Below the pieces are notes generated by a model that searched no databases, was not told where the DNA came from, and was given only the letters and a program-made list of their open reading frames with translations. The translations under genes were made by a program, and so were the position numbers. A stretch of DNA of 64,000 bases from Patescibacteria group bacterium UBA1388 (lineage in GTDB: Bacteria; Patescibacteriota; Microgenomatia; UBA1400; PJMF01). This document shows, piece by piece, positions 9,117 to 17,343 of this stretch; within the stretch, counting starts at the first letter, position 1; every line of letters begins with the position of its first letter. The stretch lies in the NCBI GenBank assembly GCA_002305355.1, contig DBQS01000016.1, positions 36,279 to 100,278 on the forward strand. The letters are read 5' to 3'.

Positions 9117-10161
9117 AAGATTCAATCTTTTGCAGATTAATTTCATCGGCAATAATGTGTGGCGAGCGCCTGGTTTTGGCACTAAGCTTAAAAATCTGGT
9201 CAAGCTCAGTGGCAATTGCATCCAGCTTTTTCATCATTCTGCGATGACTACGACGTGGGAACTCATACTCATCAACAACACTCATTAAACCACCGGCATT
9301 GATAATGTAGTCTGGGGTATAAAGAATATGACGCTCAAAAAGTAGATCTCCCATTTCTGAGGATGACAACTGATTGTTGGCGCCACCCGCTACTAATTGA
9401 CACTGCAGTTGCTTAACTGTTTTTTGATTAATACTACCGTACATAGCACATGGCACAAATACATCTACTGGCAAAGTAGCAATCGCTTCAGGTTTTACCA
9501 ATTCCACACGAGGATAAATTTTTTTAATGTTGGAAGTCACACTTTCTAAAACATCAGTCGCATAAATTTTTTCTGCCTCTGAGTAAAGTTGGCTGAGAAC
9601 TCCTGATCCAATTTTTCCCAAACCCTGAATGGCAAAACTCCTCTGATGCATTTCGTCATCACCAAAAACATGTTTCAAGCCCACTTTTAAGCCTTTAATA
9701 ATACCTGCCACAGTGTACTTCACAGGGTCAATTTCTCCGCCCACAACGTGTGAACTCAATTTCTTCAATTGCCGTACTTGCTGCCGACTCATGCCAATAT
9801 CTGCCCCGGTAATGAACATCCCAGCCAATAAATTAATCTGCTCCGCGTATGCTGCGGCCATGCGTGCTGTAAATTCTTCTGGGTGAGCAATAATCACAGC
9901 TTTTGCGCCACCATAAGATAAATTTCCAGCAGCTGATTTAAAAGACATTGTTTTCGATAAACGTAATACATCCCTCAGGGCTTCGACACGACTTGCATAG
10001 GGATAAATTCTAGTTGCCCCAAAAGACTTAAGTTTTTTTGAGCCACGATGAATGGCAATAAATCCTTCTAATTGTTGAGACGGTTGATTAAAGTAATGCA
10101 CGACTCGGTGTTGGTCATATTCCTCAAGATCGAGATTTGCTGTCAAACTGTTTTTTTTCAT
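9106..10161 (-). CDS. Glu/Leu/Phe/Val dehydrogenase family protein (leucine/phenylalanine dehydrogenase-like)
   Basis: FGATRIYPY, a catalytic-lysine box SYGGAKAVI, an NAD-binding loop IQGLGKIGSG, and GGANNQL near the C-terminal lobe. This is the first gene of the long minus-strand operon. Confidence 0.75.
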   Translation of the reverse strand: MKKNSLTANLDLEEYDQHRVVHYFNQPSQQLEGFIAIHRGSKKLKSFGATRIYPYASRVEALRDVLRLSKTMSFKSAAGNLSYGGAKAVIIAHPEEFTARMAAAYAEQINLLAGMFITGADIGMSRQQVRQLKKLSSHVVGGEIDPVKYTVAGIIKGLKVGLKHVFGDDEMHQRSFAIQGLGKIGSGVLSQLYSEAEKIYATDVLESVTSNIKKIYPRVELVKPEAIATLPVDVFVPCAMYGSINQKTVKQLQCQLVAGGANNQLSSSEMGDLLFERHILYTPDYIINAGGLMSVVDEYEFPRRSHRRMMKKLDAIATELDQIFKLSAKTRRSPHIIADEINLQKIESYEE

Positions 10162-10229
10162 AGGTATTGTTAAAAAGTTTGCGACAACGTTTACTTGCTT
10201 TTTCTACCCCTAATCAGTATGCTTGGCTC

Positions 10230-10691
10230 ATGAACACATCTATTGCAACTTCAAACCCAATCGATTCGCCTCAATCTGCCAATAACAGTTATCCTACTAC
10301 AAAAAATGCAAATAGCAAAAATGGGAAGAAAATTTTGATAGCAGATGACGAACAATATATTCGGGAACTTTATGAAGAAGTATTAAGCAGTGAAGGATAC
10401 TCTGTTGAGGGAGTTTCCGATGGTAAAACAGCTCTGGAAAAAATTTCAGAGGGAGGGTGGGATCTAATTACTCTTGATGTAATTATGCCCAAGCTCGATG
10501 GCTTGGGAATCCTTACAAAACTTGAGGAAACTCCACCAAAAAAGAAAAATGGACCAATCATTTTGCTTACTAGTCTTGCCAATGACCCCGCCGTTCTAGA
10601 AGCTCAAAAAAAAGGTGCCACTCAAGTCATCATCAAAACTGATATTACTCCTAAGCAGTTGGTGGATCTGGTTAAAAAACAGATTGGTTAA
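10230..10691 (+). CDS. Single-domain response regulator (receiver only, CheY-like)
   Basis: KKILIADDEQYIRE ... DLITLDVIMPKLDG ... LTSL ... K, with no output domain. The start is set at the first ATG (MNTSIATS); the ORF track begins at a TTG at 10167. It is divergent from the 10161 operon. Confidence 0.8.
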   Translation: MNTSIATSNPIDSPQSANNSYPTTKNANSKNGKKILIADDEQYIRELYEEVLSSEGYSVEGVSDGKTALEKISEGGWDLITLDVIMPKLDGLGILTKLEETPPKKKNGPIILLTSLANDPAVLEAQKKGATQVIIKTDITPKQLVDLVKKQIG

Positions 10692-10771
10692 GTAACACTG
10701 ATTATTTTAAAAATTTTTGCTGGAAATTTGGTACACTCGCTAGCTTGCTATAAATCAAAGACAAACAAATC

Positions 10772-11827
10772 TTATCTCGCGCCTACTGAGCCAATCAAAC
10801 CATAAATTGGAGCGATGATCGCCATCATCATCCCTCCCACCGCCAGTCCCACAAAAACAAGCAAGAGCGGTTCTAGCATAGCTGTCATTTTCTTTACAGA
10901 CTTACTCACCTTATAATCCATATTCTCAGATACATTTTGCATTGCTTCCTCAAGCGTGCCACTCTTCTCACCAACTTCCATTAACTTAATCATAATGCCA
11001 GGAATAATGTTCTGCTTGCTTTGTAAACCATGAGAAAAAGGATGACCAGCAACAGCTTGCTCTCGAGCTTGATCCACCAAATCTCTGACTTCTTTTTTTA
11101 AAATTACCTCCTGAGCAAGTTCTAATGAGGTGGTGATAGGGATACCAGAAGAAAGAAGTAAATGTAAACTCCGACTAAATCTGGTGATATCGATTTCACG
11201 AATTAGCTTAGAAACTCCAGGAAATGAAAATGCTATTTGTAAGATAAACTCACGTTTGGTTTGATACAAAACAAAAATAATCATCACTAACAACGCTACA
11301 ATTCCGAGTACAATTTGCCAATTGCCAGTCAAAGCGTTGGAAGTAAAGATTAATGCTTTCGTCGCCATTGGAAGAGTGACATTCAACCTTGTAAATACAG
11401 TTGAAATACGAGGAATAACAAACAATAACATACCCAACAACACGCCAATAAAAACAATCATCACGACAATCGGATAAAACATGGCTGACTTCACACCGTC
11501 AATGAATTCCATTTCTTTTTTAATATTCCCCTGCAAATCGTACAATGTTTCTTCAAGTGTACCTGCTTCTTCAGCGGCTTTAATCAAACTCACTGTGACT
11601 TTGTCGAAAGTATAAGGATATCTAGAAAAAGAGTCGGAAATTTGTTTGCCTGCAGAAATATCTTCACGCAAGGACAGTAAAATCTTTCTTTGGTTTCCTT
11701 TTGCTTCTGCGAGCAACGAGTCGACTGTTTCTGAAATAGGGATACCAGCCGACAACATCGTTTTTAAATTAGCGATTAAGCTAATTTTTTCCTCTTGCGC
11801 TAATCTAACTCTGCCGAATCCAAACAT
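10772..11827 (-). CDS. pilC: Type IV pilus assembly platform protein PilC / GspF family
   Basis: Two T2SS-F repeats (MLSAGIPISE and LLSSGIPITT) and three TM segments. It starts 3 nt after the pilB stop. Confidence 0.85.
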   Translation of the reverse strand: MFGFGRVRLAQEEKISLIANLKTMLSAGIPISETVDSLLAEAKGNQRKILLSLREDISAGKQISDSFSRYPYTFDKVTVSLIKAAEEAGTLEETLYDLQGNIKKEMEFIDGVKSAMFYPIVVMIVFIGVLLGMLLFVIPRISTVFTRLNVTLPMATKALIFTSNALTGNWQIVLGIVALLVMIIFVLYQTKREFILQIAFSFPGVSKLIREIDITRFSRSLHLLLSSGIPITTSLELAQEVILKKEVRDLVDQAREQAVAGHPFSHGLQSKQNIIPGIMIKLMEVGEKSGTLEEAMQNVSENMDYKVSKSVKKMTAMLEPLLLVFVGLAVGGMMMAIIAPIYGLIGSVGAR

Positions 11828-11830
11828 GCC

Positions 11831-13525
11831 CTACTCCATTTCAGTCTTGGTCACTCTTAATACTTCTTCAATCGTGGTCATGCCCTTAGTAATTTTTTCA
11901 ATTCCATCATCAAACATGCTAGTTAATCCCTCTTTGAGGGCTTGTTCACTTATCGCATCTGCATCTGCTTTTTTGGCAATTAATTCTCGCAAATCCTTGG
12001 AAACTTCCAGAACTTCATAAATTCCAATTCTGCCCTTATAACCAGTGTTATGACACACTCGGCACCCTTGACCTCGATAAACTCTAACTTCTTTTTTATC
12101 ACCTACGGGAATGTAGTGTTTATTAATCGTTTCGAGAGAAAGATATTTTTGCAACTCTGTCACTGGTATTGTTTCTGAAACTCGACAATGTGGGCAGATC
12201 CTTCTCACCAGTCTTTGAGCTACAATCACATGCACCGTACCAGCTACTAAAAATGGCTCAACCTTCATATCAAATAACCGAGGCAACGAGGAAACTGCAT
12301 TGTTCGTGTGCAAGGTTGAGAAAACAAGATGTCCAGTCAAAGCCGCATTGATCGCAATGGCAGCGGTCTCATTGTCCCTAATTTCTCCCACAAATATGTA
12401 ATCAGGATCCTGTCTTAATAGGGACCTCAGACCATTGGCAAAAGTTAAATTTGTTTTTTCATTGACTTGCACCTGATTAGCACCTTTAATCCTATACTCA
12501 ACTGGATCTTCAATACTGGTGAGATTAGTTTCCCGCGTGTTGATCGTTTTTAGAATTGAGTAAATAGTAGTCGTTTTTCCAGATCCAGTTGGGCCGGTCA
12601 CCAAAATCATGCCGTCAGTTCTGGCAGCTGCCTTTTTAATTTTTACCAAATCTGTTTCATTAATACCTAGCTCTTCCAAAGAATAAGACCTAGCTTGAGA
12701 TGTCAACAGTCTCATCACAACTTTTTCGCCTTCTGCAATGGGAATTATTGAAACACGCAAGTCCAGTCGCTCTCCGTTAATATCCATTTTAATTTTACCG
12801 TCTTGTGCCGCTAAGTGCTGATCAGTTCTTAAGCTTGATAAAACTTTAATTCTAGTCACAATTCTACCGAGCAAGTCTTTAGGCAGACTGGCAATGTCAT
12901 GTAAAATCCCGTCAATCCTAAATCTGACCAACACCTCATCTTCATTGGGTTCAATATGAATATCTGATGCATGCTCTAAATAAGCAGCTTTAATCACTTC
13001 ATCGACCAATTTTTTAACGGGTGGATCGTGAGCAACTGTGCGCATCACTCTTCCATCTGCTTCATTCAGTAACTTACTAAATATTTCCTGAAAATCGGTG
13101 TGATAATTTAATAAGGTTTGATTTAAATCTTGTTCAGTAGCAAAAAAGATTTTGACTTGTTTGCCTGTTTTTTGGGCTACTAGTTTGGGTAAAATTTGAT
13201 TCTTAAAATCGGCTGTGGCAATACTGACATACTTTTCATCTTCTGCAAAAGTCACCATTTTATGACGTTTTGCTACCTCCTCAGGCATAATGTTCATCGT
13301 TTCATCAGAAATATTTTGTTTACTCAATTCAACAAATGGCACTTTAATTACTTCGGCAACTAACTTTCCCATAGCCTGATCGGTGGTATATCCTTTTTCA
13401 ACCAAACCATCCCAAAGACTCACATCTGTCTCTTCTGCAAATTTAGCGATTTTTTTGAGATCTGTGCGGCTGATAATTTTTTTAGCCAACAACAAATTGC
13501 TGAGTTGGGCATCAGTGAGTTGCAT
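11831..13525 (-). CDS. pilB: Type IV pilus assembly ATPase PilB / GspE family
   Basis: Walker A is VTGPTGSGKTTT. Asp/His boxes are RQDPDYIFVGEIRD and TGHLVFSTLHTN. The tetracysteine motif is CPHC...CRVC. An N-terminal T2SSE_N-like domain is present. Confidence 0.9.
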   Translation of the reverse strand: MQLTDAQLSNLLLAKKIISRTDLKKIAKFAEETDVSLWDGLVEKGYTTDQAMGKLVAEVIKVPFVELSKQNISDETMNIMPEEVAKRHKMVTFAEDEKYVSIATADFKNQILPKLVAQKTGKQVKIFFATEQDLNQTLLNYHTDFQEIFSKLLNEADGRVMRTVAHDPPVKKLVDEVIKAAYLEHASDIHIEPNEDEVLVRFRIDGILHDIASLPKDLLGRIVTRIKVLSSLRTDQHLAAQDGKIKMDINGERLDLRVSIIPIAEGEKVVMRLLTSQARSYSLEELGINETDLVKIKKAAARTDGMILVTGPTGSGKTTTIYSILKTINTRETNLTSIEDPVEYRIKGANQVQVNEKTNLTFANGLRSLLRQDPDYIFVGEIRDNETAAIAINAALTGHLVFSTLHTNNAVSSLPRLFDMKVEPFLVAGTVHVIVAQRLVRRICPHCRVSETIPVTELQKYLSLETINKHYIPVGDKKEVRVYRGQGCRVCHNTGYKGRIGIYEVLEVSKDLRELIAKKADADAISEQALKEGLTSMFDDGIEKITKGMTTIEEVLRVTKTEME

Positions 13526-13531
13526 ACTTTT

Positions 13532-13537
13532 ATCATA
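13532..13537 (-). promoter_or_regulatory. Candidate -10 box (TATGAT) 6 nt upstream of the pilB ATG
   Basis: The minus strand reads GTATATGATAAAAGTATG. There is no Shine-Dalgarno sequence between the box and the ATG. The -35 position (TTCATT, 13560..13555) abuts the IS boundary. Confidence 0.35.
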
Positions 13538-13559
13538 TACTAAAAATTAACTAAAATGA

Positions 13560-13566
13560 AACTTTT
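13560..13566. repeat. Target-site duplication AACTTTT (left copy) of the IS481-like element
   Basis: An identical 7-mer directly flanks both ends of the element (13560..13566 and 14644..14650). The neighbouring bases differ. Confidence 0.7.
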
Positions 13567-14643
13567 GTTAGTCGCACATACTTTTCGGAAAATTGGTTGT
13601 AATAAATTGCACTGGTGATTGATAATTTAGTGCCATATGTGGTCGCTTGGTGTTGTACCAAGCTAAGTACTTAGTTAGTTTAACTTGGAAAGTGTTTAAG
13701 TCATAGTAGATCTCATCATTTCTGTTAATAAACTCTTCTTGGATGGTTCTGTTAAATCTTTCAACAACACCATTAATTTTGGGTGATCTAGGATAAATAA
13801 ATTGATGTTTAATTTTTTGCTTCTCCAGATACTGGTGAAATGTTTTAAAAAATTCTGACCCGTTGTCTGTTTGGACTGTATAAACTTGATGAGGCAAAAT
13901 ATTTTGGAATTCCTGAAAAGTAATTTTAGCTTGCAAGCTAGAGAGAGTGCTAACTTTCCTGACATGAGCTAGCTTTGTAAAGATATCGATACAACACATG
14001 AAGTTGTGTCGAGTGTTGTCGATATACACCACCACAGAGTCCATTTCGATATATCCTGGTTTAGTAACCTTAGGAGATCTTCTTGATCTATCTTTAGATA
14101 ATTTATTCTTTCTCTTAACTCTTCTTGGTGGATCAAAGAATAAGTTTCTTCTCCTAATCACTTTAGAAATAGTTCGACTGCTAATTGAGGGTATATTAAG
14201 CTCACCAGCATATTCATCTAAAAAGATCTTGAGTTTTCTTTCTCCAATGTTGCCATGCTGCTCTCTAAACTCACGAATAAACTGAACTAATCTCCAATCA
14301 GTCGTCATCTGTCTAACTCTCTTGGGACGAGTCTTCTTAGGTACCAGTGATAACAGAGCTTTTCCAGATTCTTCATACTTTCTTTTCCAGTCATACAAGG
14401 TAGATTTGCCAATCTTGAATGCTTGAATAGCTGATTTGTAGCCATATTTGTAGTAGTGATCTAGCACGTGGAGTCTAAACTTGGCAGGATCTGATTTATC
14501 AAAGTTAAGTGAGTTTTCAAGTGTCTTCATCAACCAATCATACTGATTGTTATATGAAAACAACTCAATATTTCGTCTAATCCCAACTCCTTGTTTAACT
14601 TTCACGACTATCTTTCCATTCCGGAAAGTATCGTGCGACATTC
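13567..14643 (-). mobile_element. IS481-family-like insertion sequence, 1077 bp, single transposase ORF, imperfect ~25 bp terminal inverted repeats, 7 bp TSD
   Basis: The ends read inward as GTTAGTCGCACATACTTTTCGGAA and GAATGTCGCACGATACTTTCCGGAA. It is flanked by AACTTTT direct repeats and encodes one DDE (rve) transposase spanning almost the whole element. Confidence 0.75.
13568..14641 (-). CDS. DDE transposase (integrase core / rve domain), IS481-like
   Basis: An N-terminal HTH (KIGKSTLYDWKRKYEESG), then rve motifs VQTDNGSEF and SPKINGVVERFNRTIQEEF. It is a single unfragmented ORF. The true start may be the internal ATG at 14530 (MKTLENS). Confidence 0.8.
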   Translation of the reverse strand: MSHDTFRNGKIVVKVKQGVGIRRNIELFSYNNQYDWLMKTLENSLNFDKSDPAKFRLHVLDHYYKYGYKSAIQAFKIGKSTLYDWKRKYEESGKALLSLVPKKTRPKRVRQMTTDWRLVQFIREFREQHGNIGERKLKIFLDEYAGELNIPSISSRTISKVIRRRNLFFDPPRRVKRKNKLSKDRSRRSPKVTKPGYIEMDSVVVYIDNTRHNFMCCIDIFTKLAHVRKVSTLSSLQAKITFQEFQNILPHQVYTVQTDNGSEFFKTFHQYLEKQKIKHQFIYPRSPKINGVVERFNRTIQEEFINRNDEIYYDLNTFQVKLTKYLAWYNTKRPHMALNYQSPVQFITTNFPKSMCD

Positions 14644-15881
14644 AACTTTTTATCACCCAAAAATCCAGTTACTTCTGGTCTAATTATTTCTTTTTGAATT
14701 AACAAACCAGACGTCACGGTAAACAATCCATAACGATCATTCAAAGTATCAACTGCCTGAGAGATTTGTTCTTGTTGCCACCAACCCGGAAACCAGCAGT
14801 CTTGAATTTCAGACCATGGTTTGAGCAAAGACACGCCAACGTGCAATCTAATCACTGGAAATTGATTTCGCCAATTGGGGTATAACTGATACTTAATTAA
14901 ATCAAACATTTCGCTGACGTGTCGAACATAATATTTCAGGGTAAGATGATCTGCCCAAAACTGATGATTGCCAGCCAATGAACAAAAAACCAAACGACCC
15001 GCCAACTTCATTTTACGTAATTTATAAATTACTTCCTCTGAAAGATTATAAAGTGTGGACATAATCAAATCTTGGCTGCTGCTCAACCTGTATCCAGTGA
15101 TTGAGCGACTGACACTTTTCATGTAGGGTAAGTCATTTGCCAAGCGTTTTAAAAACAGCGGTTCTTCACCACGACCCATTTTACGCAGTTCATCACTCCA
15201 AAAAGGACCAAACATCGATCTTAAAACTTCAGTGGGAATAAAATTAATTTGATAAGGTACAGTTACTCCAATTCTGCCAAGACGCTTCGCTAAACGTGGA
15301 CCAATTCCGCAAACGTCTTTAAACTGAGTTTGAGCTAATATAAGCGCTTTGTTTGCTGCTGTAACTTGCCGCACGCTACCCTTTGGCGCAGTTTCACCAA
15401 CCATTTTAGCTAAAAATCGATTCTCCGCGATCCCAATATTGCAGGTCACCCACTCTCCTAAAATTGATTTAACTTTATCTTGAATTTTCAAGGCAAAATT
15501 ATATGGTGAATCGTATAATTTTTGAATCTGAGCATAATCAATAAAAACTTCATCTAAAGAAAATACTTCTGTGCTGGGACTAAGCTGATCAAACAACTCC
15601 TTCAAGCGCTTGGTAGCCGAGAAATACATTTCAAAAGCGGCTGGCATCTCAACTAAGTCAGGAGCAAGCTGGTATGCCTCTGCTAAAGAACAACCGGTAC
15701 CAATACCTTTTAATTTTGCCTCTTTGGAAGCAGCAATCACACAACTTCTACCCAATTCTTTTACAACCACCACCGGCTTATTGCGCAAAGCGGGTGTTTC
15801 CTGTTGGAGAAGGGTGGCAAAGTAAGAATTAATATCAATGTGCAGTACAACTTGTTGTTTCAGATGGTTAAGTTCATTCAC
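14595..15881 (-). CDS. dinB: Y-family DNA polymerase IV; C-terminal tail now encoded by IS sequence
   Basis: LHIDINSYFATLLQ, FSLDEVFID, and a little-finger-like C-terminal half. The start is set at GTG 15881, 6 nt after a GGAGG; the ORF-track ATG at 15923 overlaps the upstream ORF by 50 nt. The last 15 sense codons plus the stop (14595..14642, LNVARYFPEWKDSRES, completing the split codon 14645..14643) lie inside the IS. Confidence 0.8.
   Translation of the reverse strand: MNELNHLKQQVVLHIDINSYFATLLQQETPALRNKPVVVVKELGRSCVIAASKEAKLKGIGTGCSLAEAYQLAPDLVEMPAAFEMYFSATKRLKELFDQLSPSTEVFSLDEVFIDYAQIQKLYDSPYNFALKIQDKVKSILGEWVTCNIGIAENRFLAKMVGETAPKGSVRQVTAANKALILAQTQFKDVCGIGPRLAKRLGRIGVTVPYQINFIPTEVLRSMFGPFWSDELRKMGRGEEPLFLKRLANDLPYMKSVSRSITGYRLSSSQDLIMSTLYNLSEEVIYKLRKMKLAGRLVFCSLAGNHQFWADHLTLKYYVRHVSEMFDLIKYQLYPNWRNQFPVIRLHVGVSLLKPWSEIQDCWFPGWWQQEQISQAVDTLNDRYGLFTVTSGLLIQKEIIRPEVTGFLGDKKLNVARYFPEWKDSRES
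14644..14650. repeat. Target-site duplication AACTTTT (right copy)
   Basis: See 13560..13566. Confidence 0.7.
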
Positions 15882-16119
15882 ACCATACCTCCGCCAATTC
15901 CCACACCTCTTCACTCCGGTCAAAAATTAAACGATAATTATTACCCTGTGACATGACCGAGTATTGACGTTTGCTGATTTGGCTATCACGAATTTCCGAA
16001 ATAAAAGTTACCCTATCCACTGCATAAATCCTTCCTTGCCACTCAAATTTTCTAGGAATAAAATGGGCTTTTTTATAGACACCAACCACATTAATCCGCT
16101 CGCCAATAACCTGGTACAT
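15874..16119 (-). CDS. Small hypothetical protein (81 aa) translationally coupled to dinB
   Basis: An intact ORF whose last codons contain the GGAGG preceding the dinB GTG. I recognised no family. Confidence 0.45.
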   Translation of the reverse strand: MYQVIGERINVVGVYKKAHFIPRKFEWQGRIYAVDRVTFISEIRDSQISKRQYSVMSQGNNYRLIFDRSEEVWELAEVWCE

Positions 16120-16386
16120 ATCAATTTTCTTTCTTCAATCTGTTGAACGTATTTGTCAAAAGAGTAGAAAAAAACCCGAATATTAGCAAGAGGTATAAAT
16201 AGATCATTCATAACCAAATGCGTGGGTTTTCTTCGGTAAAAATTAAATAAAATCACGATTCTTTAGCAGATTACTTCCATAGATAGTCGTCCAAAAAATA
16301 ATCCGCTTTTATAAACAATTCCTCTCTTAATATATAAACCTAATCTACAAGTCTAGAGAAGATACCGTAAACAGCGCGTCAATTTC

Positions 16387-16416
16387 TTACAAAACACTTA
16401 CTGAAGCTGATACAAT
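16387..16416 (+). promoter_or_regulatory. Candidate promoter for ccdA: TTACAA-18-TGaTACAAT, with the -10 box 6 nt from the ATG (leaderless type)
   Basis: The sequence reads TTACAAaacacttactgaagcTGATACAATgaagaaATG. There is no Shine-Dalgarno sequence. Confidence 0.45.
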
Positions 16417-16422
16417 GAAGAA

Positions 16423-17175
16423 ATGCTTACTTTCCCACTTGATGGTTCGCACGTTAATTTGAGCATTGCTTTTGTGGCTGGTTTCGTTACTTTTTTCGCA
16501 TCTTGTTTGCTGCCTCTAATACCCACCTATTTAGCTTATTTATCTGGAATTGCAATTAATGACCAATTAGACCAGTCAACTAAACCTAAGCGCTGGCTAA
16601 TAATCAAAGCCGCGGTGTTGTTTGTGTTAGGTTTTGTCACCATTTTCACAATCTTGGGTCTGGCTTTAATCGGCATTCAAACATGTACTAATGGCTATCG
16701 GGCAATAATGCAACGCTTGGCTGGTCTGTTATTCATAATTTTGGGTTTATTTATGTTAGGTATTTTTCGATTACCTTGGTTCAATCAAGATCATCGGTTA
16801 TCAATTCACCAAACTATTACTAAACATAAAAACTTGCATGCGCTAGCAATGGGAGTGGCATTTGGGTTTGGTTGGACACCCTGCATTGGACCAGTATTAG
16901 CAGTAATTTTATTTTGGGCCAGTCAGAGTACTTCACAATGGCAAGGCATCCTTCTTTTGGTTACCTATGGTTTAGGCTTGGGTTTGCCCTTTATTTTGAT
17001 CGCGGCAGCATTTGAAAAAGTATTCCCATTTATTAAAAAATCACGTCAACTGAGCTATTACTTGAACATTGTCGCCGCCATCATCATTGTCCTCGTGGGG
17101 GGATTATTACTCACAAATCAATTTCATGCTTTTTCTGGTTATCTACTAAAAGCCCTCAAATTATCTAGTCTTTAA
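16423..17175 (+). CDS. ccdA: Cytochrome c biogenesis / thiol-disulfide electron transfer membrane protein, CcdA (DsbD-core) family
   Basis: Six TM helices with the two conserved Cys-Pro contexts, FFASCLLPLIP and WTPCIGPVL. Confidence 0.8.
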   Translation: MLTFPLDGSHVNLSIAFVAGFVTFFASCLLPLIPTYLAYLSGIAINDQLDQSTKPKRWLIIKAAVLFVLGFVTIFTILGLALIGIQTCTNGYRAIMQRLAGLLFIILGLFMLGIFRLPWFNQDHRLSIHQTITKHKNLHALAMGVAFGFGWTPCIGPVLAVILFWASQSTSQWQGILLLVTYGLGLGLPFILIAAAFEKVFPFIKKSRQLSYYLNIVAAIIIVLVGGLLLTNQFHAFSGYLLKALKLSSL

Positions 17176-17266
17176 ATCTAAGCAAACAATGTCACTGGGT
17201 AACGAAACAATACGAATCTACCTTTCAAAAGTGTGGTGATAGTAAAAATGTTACATTTAGCACTCG

Positions 17267-17295
17267 TTGACATTATTTGCCAATTTTGCTACTAT
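17267..17295 (+). promoter_or_regulatory. Sigma70-type promoter of hsp20: TTGACA-17-TACTAT
   Basis: TTGACA at 17267-17272, a 17 nt spacer, and TACTAT at 17290-17295. A strong RBS (GGAAAGGAGAGGTC) precedes the ATG at 17344. Confidence 0.55.
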
Positions 17296-17343
17296 TTAGC
17301 CAAGTAGTAAGTTGATCGCTGTCAAAGCGGGAAAGGAGAGGTC

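Noticed and set aside
16143-16159. TTGAACGTATTTGTCAA upstream of the small ORF/dinB pair, considered as a possible LexA/SOS box (GAAC-N4-GTTC type).
   Set aside because: Only the outer TTGA/TCAA bases are symmetric and the GTTC half is missing. No lexA gene is in the window to support it.
17257-17265. TTAGCACTC upstream of hsp20 equals the left half of the CIRCE (HrcA) operator.
   Set aside because: The required right half, GAGTGCTAA 9 nt downstream, is absent. Only a half-site is present, so I make no CIRCE call.
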